Source of the DNA: Macrostomum lignano
Taxonomy: Eukaryota
Assembly (NCBI GenBank): GCA_002269645.1
Contig: NIVC01000825.1
Coordinates: forward strand, 186,001 to 250,000
DNA length: 64,000 nt
Direction: 5' to 3'
Program-made: the position numbers and the translations under genes
The notes under the pieces: generated by a model
What the model was told of the DNA's origin: nothing
The model's input: only the letters and a program-made list of their open reading frames with translations
Database searches by the model: none
In this document: positions 35,966 through 48,369 of the stretch, in pieces
Layout: each line of letters begins with the position of its first letter
How positions within the stretch are numbered: the first letter of the stretch is position 1

Positions 35966-38900
35966 ATGCCGACACAGTCCAAGACGAAGACACTGACAGC
36001 AGTGCTTCACGCCTATCTGGCCGAAACTACGGCCCACGGCTTGCCAAGGATATCGAGCTCCGATCGGCCAATCTACCTCAAACTGATGTGGCTCTCCAGC
36101 TTCCTCGGCCTGCTAGTCTGGTTCGGCATCACATTTAGCGACGCCGTGACCAAACTGCTCAGTGCTAAACGAGACACGGCTATCTACGCGTTCGAGGTTC
36201 CTTTCCGATTCCCTGACCTGTACGTCTGCGGCAGCAACCCGGTGTCCGGCAGCCGCTCTGTCGGCCTCTCCGCCGTCCAAGCCGATGCCCTGCGCCGCCA
36301 GCTGGCGCCCACGCTAGCCACGCTGAACAACCTGACTGGCCTGACCCCCGTAGACCTGCTGAAGTACGTCGTCAATTCGTTGCCTTTCAACTTGGCCGCC
36401 GACTTGCTGGGGCACAGCCTCAGCCAGATGATCGCCTTCGCCTCCATCGAGGGCGACGTCAGCGGTACGATTCGAGATAACCAGACTGGCCGGCTGCAGT
36501 TCTCCAACTTCTACCATCCCGCCTACCTGCGCTGCGCCCGGCTCGGCCTCGACTCGGCCGCTGCAGCTCGGCTTCGCCAGCCCGACGCCTACCTGCACTT
36601 GGCGCTGACCGTGGACTCGCAGCTGCTCAGCTACACGGTCGACTCCAACCAGGTGTACATTCCACTGAGCGTGCTCGGCCGAATCCACAAAGCCTACCCG
36701 GCCGAATGGAGCCTGGATCTCGGCTGGAACGTCTTTGTTGAGAGCGGCCTGCGGCTGTTCCTAGTCGAGCCGGGCACTTATCCGACACCTTGGTCCACTT
36801 CCCTGTTGATTAGGTCGGGCACAATGGCCGAGGTTCGAATCACTATGCAACAGGTGTCTTACCTGGAGAGCCAGTTCGCTGGACAGTGCATGCCGAACTC
36901 TAGGCAGAGCCGGGTGCAGTTTGTTAATCCTTATGATGATTCCCTGTACGATTATAATTGCTCGGATGCTTGCTGCTATTATACAGGTGAGTCGCTTGTC
37001 TGTGATTATCTGCAATGTCTGCAATACCTGAGTGCACCTGTGATTACCAAATGGGTGATTATCTGATGAGTGATTATCTGGTGAGTGATTATCTGGTGAG
37101 TGATTATCGGATGAGTGATTATCTGGTGAGTGATTATCTGATGAGTGATTATCTGATGAGTGATTATCTGGTGAGTGATTATCTGGTGAGTGATTATCTG
37201 ATGAGTGATTATCTGGTGAGTGATTATCTGGTGAGTGATTATCTGGTGAGTGATTATCTGATGAGTGATTATCTGGTGAGTGATTATCTGGTGAGTGATT
37301 ATCTGGTGAGTGATTATCTGATGAGTGATTATCTGGTGAGTGATTATCTGGTGAGTGATTATCTGGTGAGTGATTATCTGATGAGTGATTATCTGGTGAG
37401 TGATTATCTGATGAGTGATTATCTGGTGAGTGATTATCTGGTGAGTGATTATCTGATGAGTGATTATCTGGTGAGTGATTATCTGGTGAGTGATTATCTG
37501 GTGAGTGATTATCTGATGAGTGATTATCTGGTGAGTGATTATCTGGTGAGTGATTATCTGATGAGTGATTATCTGGTGAGTGATTATCTGATGAGTGATT
37601 ATCTGGTGAGTGATTATCTGGTGAGTGATTATCTGATGAGTGATTATCTGGTGAGTGATTATCTGGTGAGTGATTATCTGGTGAGTGATTATCTGATGAG
37701 TGATTATCTGGTGAGTGATTATCTGGTGAGTGATTATCTGATGAGTGATTATCTGGTGAGTGATTATCTGGTGAGTGATTATCTGGTGAGTGATTATCTG
37801 ATGAGTGATTATCTGGTGAGTGATTATCTGGTGAGTGATTATCTGATGAGTGATTATCTGGTGAGTGATTATCTGGTGAGTGATTATCTGGTGAGTGATT
37901 ATCTGGTGAGTGATTATCTGGTGAGTGATTATCTGATGAGTGATTATCTGGTGAGTGATTATCTGGTGAGTGATTATCAGATGAGTGATTATCTGATGAG
38001 TGATTATCTGGTGAGTGATTATCTGGTGAGTGATTATCGGATGAGTGATATCAGTAATGTCTCGAAACCTGAGCAGGTTAGGTAATATCAATCACTTCAT
38101 CAAAAACTATTTCAGAGTTTGCCCGAAGAATGCAGAGCCTGCTGAACTGCACAGACAAGGCGGTGCCCCGTACGGCAGCTTTCAGACACCTGCGAAGCTG
38201 CCACAACGCCACAGGGCTGACTGTTGATCAGCTGAACAACCTGACGGCCAGGAAATTGGCAAACAGGGACCTTTTGAAGGCCATTTCAACTCAAGTGTCT
38301 GATGCGTGCTCGAATCAGTCTCCGTGCACTTCTCTGAGCTATACGGTGACTTTGGGTTATCTGTATTGCGCTTAGCAGAAAAAGCTTAGTAGAGCTCTAG
38401 ATAGTTACAGGGTAAAGGCTTTCTCCCATAGAGAGCTGCTGACAGCTTCCTGCGGGTCATAAAGAACAGTCTAAATCAAACTAATTGTCTTTGATCGCAC
38501 ACTAAAACCATTAGATTTACGAGCATGCCAATATTAACCTAACAGATCGACTGGTCCGTTTCCGATTGGCCTCTCGCCGCCTTCACCGACATCATGATGG
38601 AGATGATTCGCTCTCGCATAGACAGCCTGACCGACAAGCCGTTCTTCCAGATCTACTACGCCGAGAAAGACGCGGCCGGCTCCAACGCCAGCTCGCAACA
38701 GCTTGAAAAGTTGGCGAGCCTGATAAGCAGCCAAGTTTCTCTGGTCAGGCTGAGCAGTCGGCACTCTAATAGCGATCAGGTACGGAGTCTTATACTAAAG
38801 TTCCGGTCAGCACCAACCTTTCTAGCTGGCTCTGATCTCGAAACTAGCCAGCGCCCCTCGGCCTTATTTACAACCACCCCACTCCTTGCCCCACCCCTCA

Positions 38901-40176
38901 GACTTATTTCCAAACACCTCACTCCCTGCCCCATCCCCTGCCTTATTTACAACCACCTCACTCCCTGCCCCATCCCCTGCCTAATTTACAATCACCTCAC
39001 TCCCTGCACCCACCCATCTGCCTTATTTACAACCACCTCACTCCCTGCACCCACCCATCTGCCTTATTTACAACCACCTCACTCCCTGCCCCATCCCCTG
39101 CCTTATTTACAACCACTCACTCCCTGCCCCATCCCCTGCCTTATTTACAACCACTCACTCCCTGCCCCATCCCCTGCCTTATTTACAACCACTCACTCCC
39201 TGCCCCATCCCCTGCCTTATTTACAACCACTCACTCCCTGCCCCATCCCCTGCCTTATTTACAACCACCTCACTCCCTGCCCCATCCCCTGCCTTATTTA
39301 CAACCACCTCACTCCCTGCACCCACCCATCTGCCTTATTTACAACCACCTCACTCCCTGCACCCACCCAATCTGCCTTATTTACAACCACCTCACTCCCT
39401 GCACCCACCCATCTGCCTTATTTACAACCACCTCACTCCCTGCACCCACCCAATCTGCCTTATTTACAACCACCTCACTCCCTGCCCCCACCCAATCTGC
39501 CTTATTTACAACCACCTCACTCCCTGCCCCCACCCATCTGCCTTATTTACAACCACCTCACTCCCTGCCCCATCCCCTGCCTTATTTACAACCACTCACT
39601 CCCTGCCCCATCCCCTGCCTTATTTACAACCACTCACTCCCTGCCCCATCCCCTGCCTTATTTACAACCACTCACTCCCTGCCCCATCCCCTGCCTTATT
39701 TACAACCACTCACTCCCTGCCCCATCCCCTGCCTTATTTAGAACCACTCACTCCCTGCCCCATCCCCTGCCTTATTTACAACCACCTCACTCCCTGCCCT
39801 CACCCATCTGCCTTATTTACAACCACTCACTCCCTGCCCCATCCCCTGCCTTATTTACAACCACCTCACTCCCTGCCCTCACCCATCTGCCTTATTTACA
39901 ACTACCTCACTGCTTGCCGTTTTTTATCCTGTTTATTGATTTCTAAGCATTTTTTTGAACAGAAAACTTCAGTTCACCACTCGCATTTTCTAAACCGATC
40001 AGCTGCGAGTCACTCTGGCCTACACCTTCAACAATTTGTTTGCGGAGACCGGCGGCCTACTGGGACTCTTCCTGGGCTGTTCTCTGCTGACTCTGCTTGA
40101 GCTGGTCGAATTGCTGCACAATTGTATTATTAACTGCTTTTGCAGGCGAAAACGGGTTGAAGCGAAGCCCACGTGA
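35966..40176 (+). CDS. DEG/ENaC family amiloride-sensitive channel subunit (about 552 aa, 4 exons)
   Basis: Exons 35966-36986, 38116-38345, 38546-38779, 40003-40176, phase-consistent. TTAHGLPRI (HG motif), TM1, FPDLYVCGSNP, PCTSLSYTIDWSVSDWP, TM2 FAETGGLLGLFLGCSLLTLLELVE (GxS filter). Confidence 0.9.
37040..38049. repeat. 15-bp tandem array ([G/A]TGAGTGATTATCTG)n, 67 units, in ENaC intron 1
   Basis: Period 15 with binary G/A variants. Confidence 0.97.
38850..39910. repeat. 38-43-bp C-rich tandem array (CCTTATTTACAACCACTCACTCCCTGCCCCATCCCCTG-like) in ENaC intron 3
   Basis: Variable period; makes ORF 38594-39946 read through the intron. Confidence 0.95.
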
Positions 40177-40544
40177 TAAAAGAAAACTTTCTTGTTTAGG
40201 CATCTTGATTCATAAATACAGCTTAGACATTGAACTGGATCGTTCACACATAGTGATAAAAAATATCTCGATACTACTAATAGCTGCGGATATCAGTAGC
40301 ATAAAAATATGAAAAATTTAATATGCCAAGGGAAAAGAGAGCTGTTATAATATACGAGTAATAGCTTGGAGTGGCTATTTCCCGCATGTTACTAAATTTT
40401 TCAACTGAAACTTTTCAAGTTCAGTAAAATCGGTTTTCAAAAGTTTACTGCTTTGTTTGTCTCAGAAACTTTGATTCGCATTTGTTTTAAAACCTCTTCA
40501 AATTTGAATATGAAATCCACTGCTCAGCTACCAAATAAGTCTGC

Positions 40545-40925
40545 TCAGTGCTGTACTCACTCCAATCAGCACCATCTCAGTGATCTGTTCACTCCAATCA
40601 GCACCATCTCAGTGCTGTACTCACTCCAATCAGCACCATCTCAGTGATCTGTTTACTCCAATCAGCACCATCTCAGTGCTGTACTCACTCCAATCAGCAC
40701 CATCTCAGTGATCTGTTCACTCCAATCAGCACCATCTCAGTGATCTGTTCACTCCAATCAGCACCATCTCAGTGCTGTACTCACTCCAATCAGCACCATC
40801 TCAGTGATCTGTTCACTCCAATCAGCACCATCTCAGTGATCTGTTCACTCCAATCAGCACCATCTCAGTGCTCTGTTCACTCCAATCAGCACCATCTCAG
40901 TGCTCTGTTCACTCCAATCAGCCAG
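40545..40925. repeat. 32-bp tandem array (TTCACTCCAATCAGCACCATCTCAGTGATCTG-like)
   Basis: Period 32, about 12 copies. Confidence 0.94.
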
Positions 40926-41321
40926 CCAATGGCAGGCTTGGATGGAGATGGGGACCAAGCAGGAGACTGTATTTAGCTGCTACAAGCTAGGCCAGAGAGA
41001 AAACCGCTGCATACACTTTCTTTTTGAAGCAGCGCTTTTTCAACGCTTTAAAAGAACCTCAGTTCGCTTTTTGCTTGTTAAGTTGGCTTGTCACACAGGA
41101 CCCCCCCCCCCAAGTCTCGATCTGCAACATGTCGCCAAGTGCAAGGTTTTGCTTTCTATTTTGTCTCATCGCTCTGGGTGAGTTTTGCGTTCTTTTTTTG
41201 CATCTTTAAAATATTTTTTTAAACTTATACTGTTCCCAAATTATATAATCTGTGAATGATTTCTGAGTTAATTAGGACTTTTATTTGAGTTTTCTCAGAG
41301 TAGCTTTCCCAATTACATGTA

Positions 41322-41745
41322 GATCTGACCCGATTAGATATCAGATCTAACCCGATTAGATATCAGATCTGACCCGATTAGATATCAGACCTAACCCGAT
41401 TAGATATCAGATCTGACCCGATTAGATATCAGATCTGACCCGATTAGATATCAGATCTGACCCGATTAGATATCAGATCTGACCCGATTAGATATCAGAT
41501 CTGACCCGATTAGATATCAGATCTGACCCGATTAGATATCAGATCTGACCCGATTAGATATCAGATCTGACCCGATTAGATATCAGATCTGACCCGATTA
41601 GATATCAGATCTGACCCGATTAGATATCAGATCTGACCCGATTAGATATCAGATCTGACCCGATTAGATATCAGATCTGACCCGATTAGATATCAGATCT
41701 GACCCGATTAGATATCAGATCTGACCCGATTAGATATCAGATCTA
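41322..41745. repeat. 22-bp tandem array (GATCTGACCCGATTAGATATCA)n, about 19 copies
   Basis: Period 22, near-perfect. Confidence 0.96.
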
Positions 41746-42152
41746 TCCAACTTGCCTACAACCAAAGATCCCTTACGAGAACAGCACCAGCCCAAAGTGC
41801 CATTGGGAGTAGAAAGTGAAATTCACTTCCTGTATAAGTGTTCTTGGAAATTAATTTAATAGTGCTCCCTGTGATAATTGTCTAAGCAGTAAATCTCGAA
41901 TAAAGGTTCAATTTTTTATAAACCCTACTGCAGAGAGCAAAGAATTTTACGTAATGACTCACGAGAAAAGAGACAAAATGGAAATTCTAAATTTTCTCGC
42001 TTCATGTAATACCGGAAAATTGTTTGAATATTCTGTTTGTGTGCGATACTTATTTCAACGTTTGTGACGTCAAAAATTTTTTTATCGATTAGCATTTTTC
42101 TTTTGTTTCCTTCTGCCCTTCTTTCTTTATGTACAGGGAAATATTATAACAT

Positions 42153-45100
42153 ATGAAAATCAGCACCCTCTCGGTAAGGGAACTTAGTAGTGCTAATTAT
42201 TAAATTAAATTATTATTCTTTTAATATAAAGATATAAAAAATTATGAACAAATAGTAACTATAAAAATTAATTAAGTAAGAAATTAAATAAAAATCAGTG
42301 AAGTATTAACCAAAAATTAACTAAGAAATTGACTAAAAAATTTAATTAGGATTAATGAAATTAGCAAAATTAGGAATTAACTTAGAGCTAACTAATAATT
42401 ATTTTAAAAATTAACTTAAATAAGATTAAATAAGATTAGGATTAGAAACTATGATTAAAAGAAAGAGTATATAAGATTTAAATTCAAAACAAGCCAAAAC
42501 AAGTCTTTCTACATGGTGTGTTTTTTACACTCGGCCAGCCGAAGGGACTTAAATAAACAAATCTAGGAAAGGCAGAATTAGGAGCCGATCGATGAGTACA
42601 GTTCCGGAGTCCATGATCAGGCATTGACAGAAATGGAAGCAAGTCGATTACCCGTTTTTTTATGATCTCGGATTCTCGGTCGGTGGGTGGCTGGGTGGAC
42701 AGCCATGCAGAAAACGATCTGCGAGACGTGGGCGGAGCGGCTTCACGAAGGAGGCGGGTCCGCGGCGACACTGTATCCGTTTCCGTCTCGTTCTCATTCT
42801 CTGAGACACACAGCAATCGCTAAACAGGAGGGGATTAAATGCATTGAAGAGAATTATTGGAGGCGCGGTAATGAGACTGCCTGCGGTCCTCGCTTTCCGA
42901 TTTCCCCCCGTCCCAACATCAGTCGAGTTGCAGCTATGGTTTGATTTTATCGTGTCTCTCAATTCATCTTAAGTGCCAATTTTATCTCGGCTTCGAGAGA
43001 CTGACTGCCTGCTCATCTGCTGCTCTGATGCTCGAGTCGATCAGATAGAGGTTTTATCTTAGCTTACAGAGTGTTCTTGCAATTAATTAATATATAGTAC
43101 CAAGGTTCTAAGAGGCTTGTAGCCTGGGGGGGGGGGGTTGTAGACCAGTGGTTAGTGCGTCGGACTGAAAGGTCGGGGGTTCGACTCTCAATCTGATCGG
43201 AACAATTTGTGTCCTTGAGCAGGAATCAGGAGTCAAGAGTCAGCAGTCAGCAGTCAGCAGTCAGCAGTCAGCAGTCAGTAGTCAGCAGTCAGCAGTCAGC
43301 AGTCAGCAGTCAGCAGTCAGCAGTCAGTAGTCAGCAGTCAGCAGTCAGCAGTCAGCAGTCAGCAGTCAGGAGTCAGCAGTCAGCAGTCAGCAGTCAGCAG
43401 TCAGCAGTCAGCAGTCAGCAGTCAGCAGTCAGCAGTCAGCAGTCAGCAGTCAGCAGTCAGCAGTCAGGAGCCTGGTGCCCGGAAAGCCGTCAGAATAGAC
43501 AGCTGGGGTCAGCAGCTAGTGTGTCAGGAAAAACCAAACATGTGTCAGATGCTGTGCATAATTTCTGCCCAACAGCAGAGGCCAAGCCGCTCGCATTTGA
43601 AGTGTCCCCAGCAATTTCAATCTATAGAATAAAAGCCAATTTCTCCCAGAGTAGGATCAAGCACTCGGGGTGCCGATTCAATGGAATTCTGCTTTTAGTA
43701 GCGGCATCAGCAGCCGGTATAATGGCCGAGGGAAATGCGGAACACGCAGGCGATTAGGTGCGAATTGGAGACGCGCGCTTCAGGAGGCGGTAATAATTTC
43801 TGCCGCCGCCCCCCCCCCTTTTCTCTTCCTCTCCTTCGCGGGAGCATCGATTTTTTGATCCATGAATAATTGAATAATTCTCGGGGAATTTGCTGCAATG
43901 CATGCATTCAGGATGAGGTGTCAGAATGCAAGATGAGAAGCAAGAGAGGGCGGGGTCGCGGCATCGCCATACCTGAATGAATTGAATTCACAAGAAAAAA
44001 GTCACGCTCTCAAAGTATTTCTTTCCTGTGCTTTTGAGTTCCAACGGGACTGGCGGCTGAAAGCGCTGCTCAAATTCAATTTCAGTTAGCCTTGGCTCCG
44101 CTGCCCCGCCACGGGACTTCGACGACATCGAGGAGCACGACGCGCTCTAGTGAGTACAGGCTCTGAATTATTTATCCTAGCAACTAATTTGAATTGTCAG
44201 CTCAACTTAATCTCCATGCCCCCTCGTGCAGCCGACAATTCTGCTGCTTTTGTCGATTAAAAGCTGTCCTGCAACAGTTGGGGAGAAGTGGGACTCGGGG
44301 TTTTATATGGTGGAACTGCTCTGGAAATAGGGGTGATTCCATTAGAAGAAGCACTTTTTTAAATGTGGGATTTTTCACGAGTGGGAAACTTTGAATATGG
44401 GATACTTCAAGGGTGGGATACTTATGAACATGGGATATCTCAAGAATGGGATACTTATGAACATGGGATATTTCAAGAATGGGACACTTTTGAATATGGG
44501 ATATTTCAAGAATGGGACACTTATGAACATGGGATATCTCAAGAATGGGATACTTATGAACATGGGATATCTCAAGAATAGGGGACTTATGAACATGGGA
44601 TATCTCAAGAATGGGAGACTTATGAATATGGGATATCTCAAGAATGGGACACTTTTGAATATGGGATATTTCAAGAATGGGACACTTATGAACATGGGAT
44701 ATCTCAAGAATGGGATACTTATGAACATGGGATATCTCAAGAATGGGATACTTATGAACATGGGATATCTCAAGAATGGGAGACTTATGAATATGGGATA
44801 TCTCAAGAATGGGGGACTTATGAACATGGGATATCTCAAGAATGGGATACTTATGAACATGGGATATCTCAAGAATGGGAGACTTATGAATATGGGATAT
44901 CTCAAGAATGGGGGACTTATGAATATGGGATATCTCAAGAATGGGATACTTATGAATATGGGATATCTCAAGAATGGGGGACTTATGAATATGGGACATC
45001 TAAAGAATGGGAGTCTTTTGAACATGGGATATTTCATTAATGGAGGACTCTGAATATAGGAAATTTCTACAACACAGAACCTGACTTTCGGGAATTACTC

Positions 45101-46209
45101 GCAGGTAAGGGAACGAATCCTAGTAAACAGGTTCGAGTCGAGTTCTTTGCTCAGGTAATCTTCAGCACGCAATTAGCTCCAAGCATAAGCAGCATGCTCG
45201 CGTAAAATTTCACCTTAATAACGAGATAAAATATAGACATCTAGCGAGCCACCAAAGCAAGTTTAGAGTCGCAAGCCTCAGTCTAAACAGGTTGAACTCT
45301 CTCTCCACCTCTTGTAACATCACCCGCTACTCCGAGCAGAGAGCACCCCCCATACACAAAGCGAGTCAGTAAGCTCCGGGTTATGATTTCCCACGGGAAT
45401 CTGGTGTGATCCATTAGCCTCTCTGTGACTTGGAGGCTGCACACTCCGTCTAATTGTGGGCCAGCAACTTTGGAGGCTGCAAAACAACACATTTTAATGC
45501 GACATCGAAATATCATAATCCGCTTTTAGGAGTTATCATATAATTATGGGGGCGACTTCCGCATGACACTCTGCAATGGTGCTTCGCTGCCATTCTGTCT
45601 GCCTATTTTCTTTTGTACTTTTCAGTGTTTGGAGAAAGCCTTGCATTCAGATTTGCAACTGTCTTATCTTAGTTTTTCCTAAATATTTGTCTCATCATCA
45701 CTCTGCCCCATCATCACTCTGCCCCATCATCACTCTGCCCCTTCATCACTCTGCCCCATCATCACTCTGCCCCATCATCACTCTGCCCCTTCATCACTCT
45801 GCCCCTTCATCACTCTGCCCCTTCATCACTCTGCCCCTTCATCACTCTGCCCCATCATCACTCTGCCCCATCATCACTCTGCCCCTTCATCACTCTGCCC
45901 CATCATCACTCTGCCCCATCATCACTCTGCCCCTTCATCACTCTTCCCCTTCATCACTCTGCCCCTTCATCACAACCTCACTCGTGAGCCCGCTCACAAC
46001 CTCACTCGTGAACCCGCTCACAACCTCACTTGTGAACCCGCTCACAACCTCCCTCGTGAACCCGCTCACCCACCAGCAAGCGCGGCTGGCCAGTCCGTTA
46101 CGTCACAGGCGGCGGGGTGATGGAGATCAAGCGAGGCGACTCCAAGCATCTGTTCGACGCCCTGATGGGGCTGAAGCGGAGCAGGGAGTGGATGCTGCAC
46201 AGGCAATGA
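42153..46209 (+). CDS. Candidate neuropeptide/peptide-hormone precursor (about 94 aa)
   Basis: Exons 42153-42173 MKISTLS (tentative), 43650-43716, 44086-44149, 46077-46209 splice in phase to a signal-peptide-like SRIKHSGCRFNGILLLVAASAAVSLGSA followed by APPRDFDDIEEHDALY-KR-GWPVRYVTGGGVMEI-KR-GDSKHLFDALMGL-KR-SREWMLHRQ-stop. Confidence 0.7.
43135..43225 (+). mobile_element. tRNA-derived SINE head, possibly CORE-type, interrupted by a 7-bp array
   Basis: A-box TAGACCAGTGG (43141), B-box GGTTCGACTC (43178), then TGTGTCCTTGAGCAG resembling the CORE-domain start. Confidence 0.65.
43237..43468. repeat. (AGTCAGC)n 7-bp array
   Basis: Direct reading. Confidence 0.96.
44390..45050. repeat. 33-bp tandem array (TTATGAACATGGGATATCTCAAGAATGGGATAC)n, about 20 copies
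   Basis: Period 33; intronic to the candidate neuropeptide gene. Confidence 0.96.
45695..46070. repeat. 16-bp (CATCACTCTGCCCC[A/T]T)n array followed by a 24-bp (CACAACCTCACTCGTGAACCCGCT)n array
   Basis: Two adjacent arrays ending a few nt before the 46076 acceptor. Confidence 0.93.
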
Positions 46210-48369
46210 AGCGACCTTAAGAGAATTTCGAATTCGCAAGAACCAAGCAAGTCTCACCCCCTAATTTGCGACTAAACTGAACGAAAAAACCACACCAAAA
46301 CTTGGCGGAATGTTTTCGCTATTTTGCAAAACAAACCAAAATTCTTAATTACGCAGCCCTGTTATGACAAATAAAACGATCATCTTTGCGGTTTGAATCG
46401 CAGCAAAATTTTGACTTCTTTTGGACCTTTTCTTAATGAAGAAATTTGGCCAATTCACTATTCTGCCTTCAAGTAGGGTACACGTTCTACCTGTGAATGC
46501 ACGTTAATAACGTGCAGGCTGGTGAAGAGAATCTGCATTGCTTGGGAGAAATCATCAATTCAGAAAAGGTATAATAGATCATAGAAAACCTGGGATTCCT
46601 AGTTGAAAATTTTAGCATTGTTCTGACTCCATAACCATCTCTGATTGACAGGCTGCAATGCATTCTTCCCTATAGTTTCGAGAGCATTTGCGAATTTAGA
46701 ATCCTCTTCTACTCAATCTGCTGAGTGCACAGGATGCTTCACCCTGGAAGACTGCTCGGTAAGCGCTTTTAACGCAGGTAGATGGGTGAGAATCTATAGA
46801 ATTGTTCAAGTTTAAAGGCCCACTTCTCAATTGCAATTGCATTGCTGGTTGCCATGCAGTTCCCTCCTCCGACTCCGTCTGTCTACTCGAATTTACATGC
46901 AGCTAGAAACAAAAAATGAACAAAAGGTGCGTAATTTTTCTTCTAGAGGTAGTTTAACTTTCTTCCCGGAACTGTTGGAACAATTCAATTTTCTTTTTTA
47001 GTCTCTCATTCATGCTCTCTGATGCGTCTTCTGCCCCGTCGGGAAATTTACCAAAGGAGAAAGTCTGCATGCAGGCAGGCCCGGAAGAGTTTAATGGGGC
47101 TTCGTCCCAAGCAAATATTTGCTTCCAGGCTCCTAAACTATACTTTTGGATACCAGCGCCTTTTGATGCAGCTTGACATTTTTTTTTGGGGGGGGGGTGG
47201 GAGGCGGGCGTTAGTCGAGAAAACCGGAGAAGTCATACCGGATCAAGGATAGCAACTAATGCCAAGCTATTTATAGGTGAAATCCGCTAATTGCCGCCAT
47301 AAAAATTTTGTGTCAACTCCAATTGGCGAACTGCGGCAGATTAACAAAATGAAATTAATTGGATAGTCTATAGATAGTCGGGGACAAATTGGTTAAAACA
47401 AATATTCAATTGGCTGTGTGATCTGGATTATAATAGTTTAAAATGACATATCATTAAACTGTGCTGAATTTGAGTCCAAGACAGCTAGAGCAAGAGATAC
47501 TTGGGGTCATGGAAGACCTATGGATTATTGTTGAGAAGGAATATTGTTGCCTATCAAAACCCGTTCTCAGATCGGCCGCTGCTTTTAAGCAATTCAATCA
47601 GTTGCTTTCAAGCGGAAACTAGCTAGTGCAGTCTTTCAATGCATCTATTTTGAATGCTTGAAACAATAGCATAGCTATTTACTAGCTTTTGGGGAAATTG
47701 ACGTTGAGCACTTTATTTTAATTTTTTAAGATAACTCAAATCTAAGCCGTACAGCAGTCGCGCGATTGTGTTAATTGTATTAAAAGAGAGATGCTTTACT
47801 AAGTCAAGCTCACAGAATCGCTTTGCGTTCGAGTCTAAAATCTGTGCACCAGTGTCCATTGTCTCGATGTGCAGTGCAATAAGCAAGCCGACACAGTCGA
47901 ACGGCAACAAACAGTTACTGACTAAAACAAATGCAGGCATAGAGCATACGGATTTCTGCAAACTGCTATTTTTAGAATTTTTACCTGTTGAATCCACCAT
48001 TCTCTTATGGAGTAGCTCCTAAAGGAAGAAGCAAACAAAAAAGATTGACTCGTCAGGCATAGTGTTGAGCTAAAGACTCCTAGCAAACATTTACACAAAC
48101 GAACACTGCTAACACTTACTGTATGCATCCGTCAGAAGCAAAAAAGTTTACTTGTTTCGATCAACACAGCTGAGACCAATTGAATTTGAAGCTTAGGATT
48201 TGCGTAGCTTAGCTTGGAAGTTTAGGATTTGCTAGCCATGGACTTAAAACCCGACTACCATAGGTAAATAAATTGTTCTCTAACTATGTCAAGTGACACA
48301 TGGAAAACAGATAAATAAAAATGGCTCATTTATGTGCATGTAAATTCTAAATACGCTAAATGTTCCGTG

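Noticed and set aside
37040-38081. Array apparently inserted in-frame into a coding exon (removing 1005 bp gives ..SAPVISVMSRNLSRL)
   Set aside because: It requires an atypical 34-nt intron and ignores the perfect donor at 36987. Direct splicing 36986 to 38116 gives a better thumb alignment (NCTDKAVP..CHN), so the array is most likely intronic.
38780-39946. Pro/Thr-rich C-terminal extension of ORF 38594-39946
   Set aside because: Read-through of intron 3; the donor at 38780 and the TM2 exon at 40003 complete the channel.
43135-43200. Functional tRNA gene (also considered at 11341-11420 and 19840-19920)
   Set aside because: Pol III boxes are present but I cannot fold complete acceptor and anticodon stems, and SINE-like bodies follow.
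44202-45053. Stop-free ORFs on both strands (MNMGYLKNGIL x20)
   Set aside because: The 33-bp period keeps frames open; there is no unique coding flank and the array lies in a predicted intron.
45078-45104. 27-nt cassette exon (cag|..|gtaagg) within the candidate prohormone intron
   Set aside because: Inclusion creates TAA at the junction and nothing else supports it; it could only be a poison exon.
46400-48150. Short ORFs between the prohormone candidate and the BEL remnant
   Set aside because: No motifs recognised; probably decayed repeat sequence.
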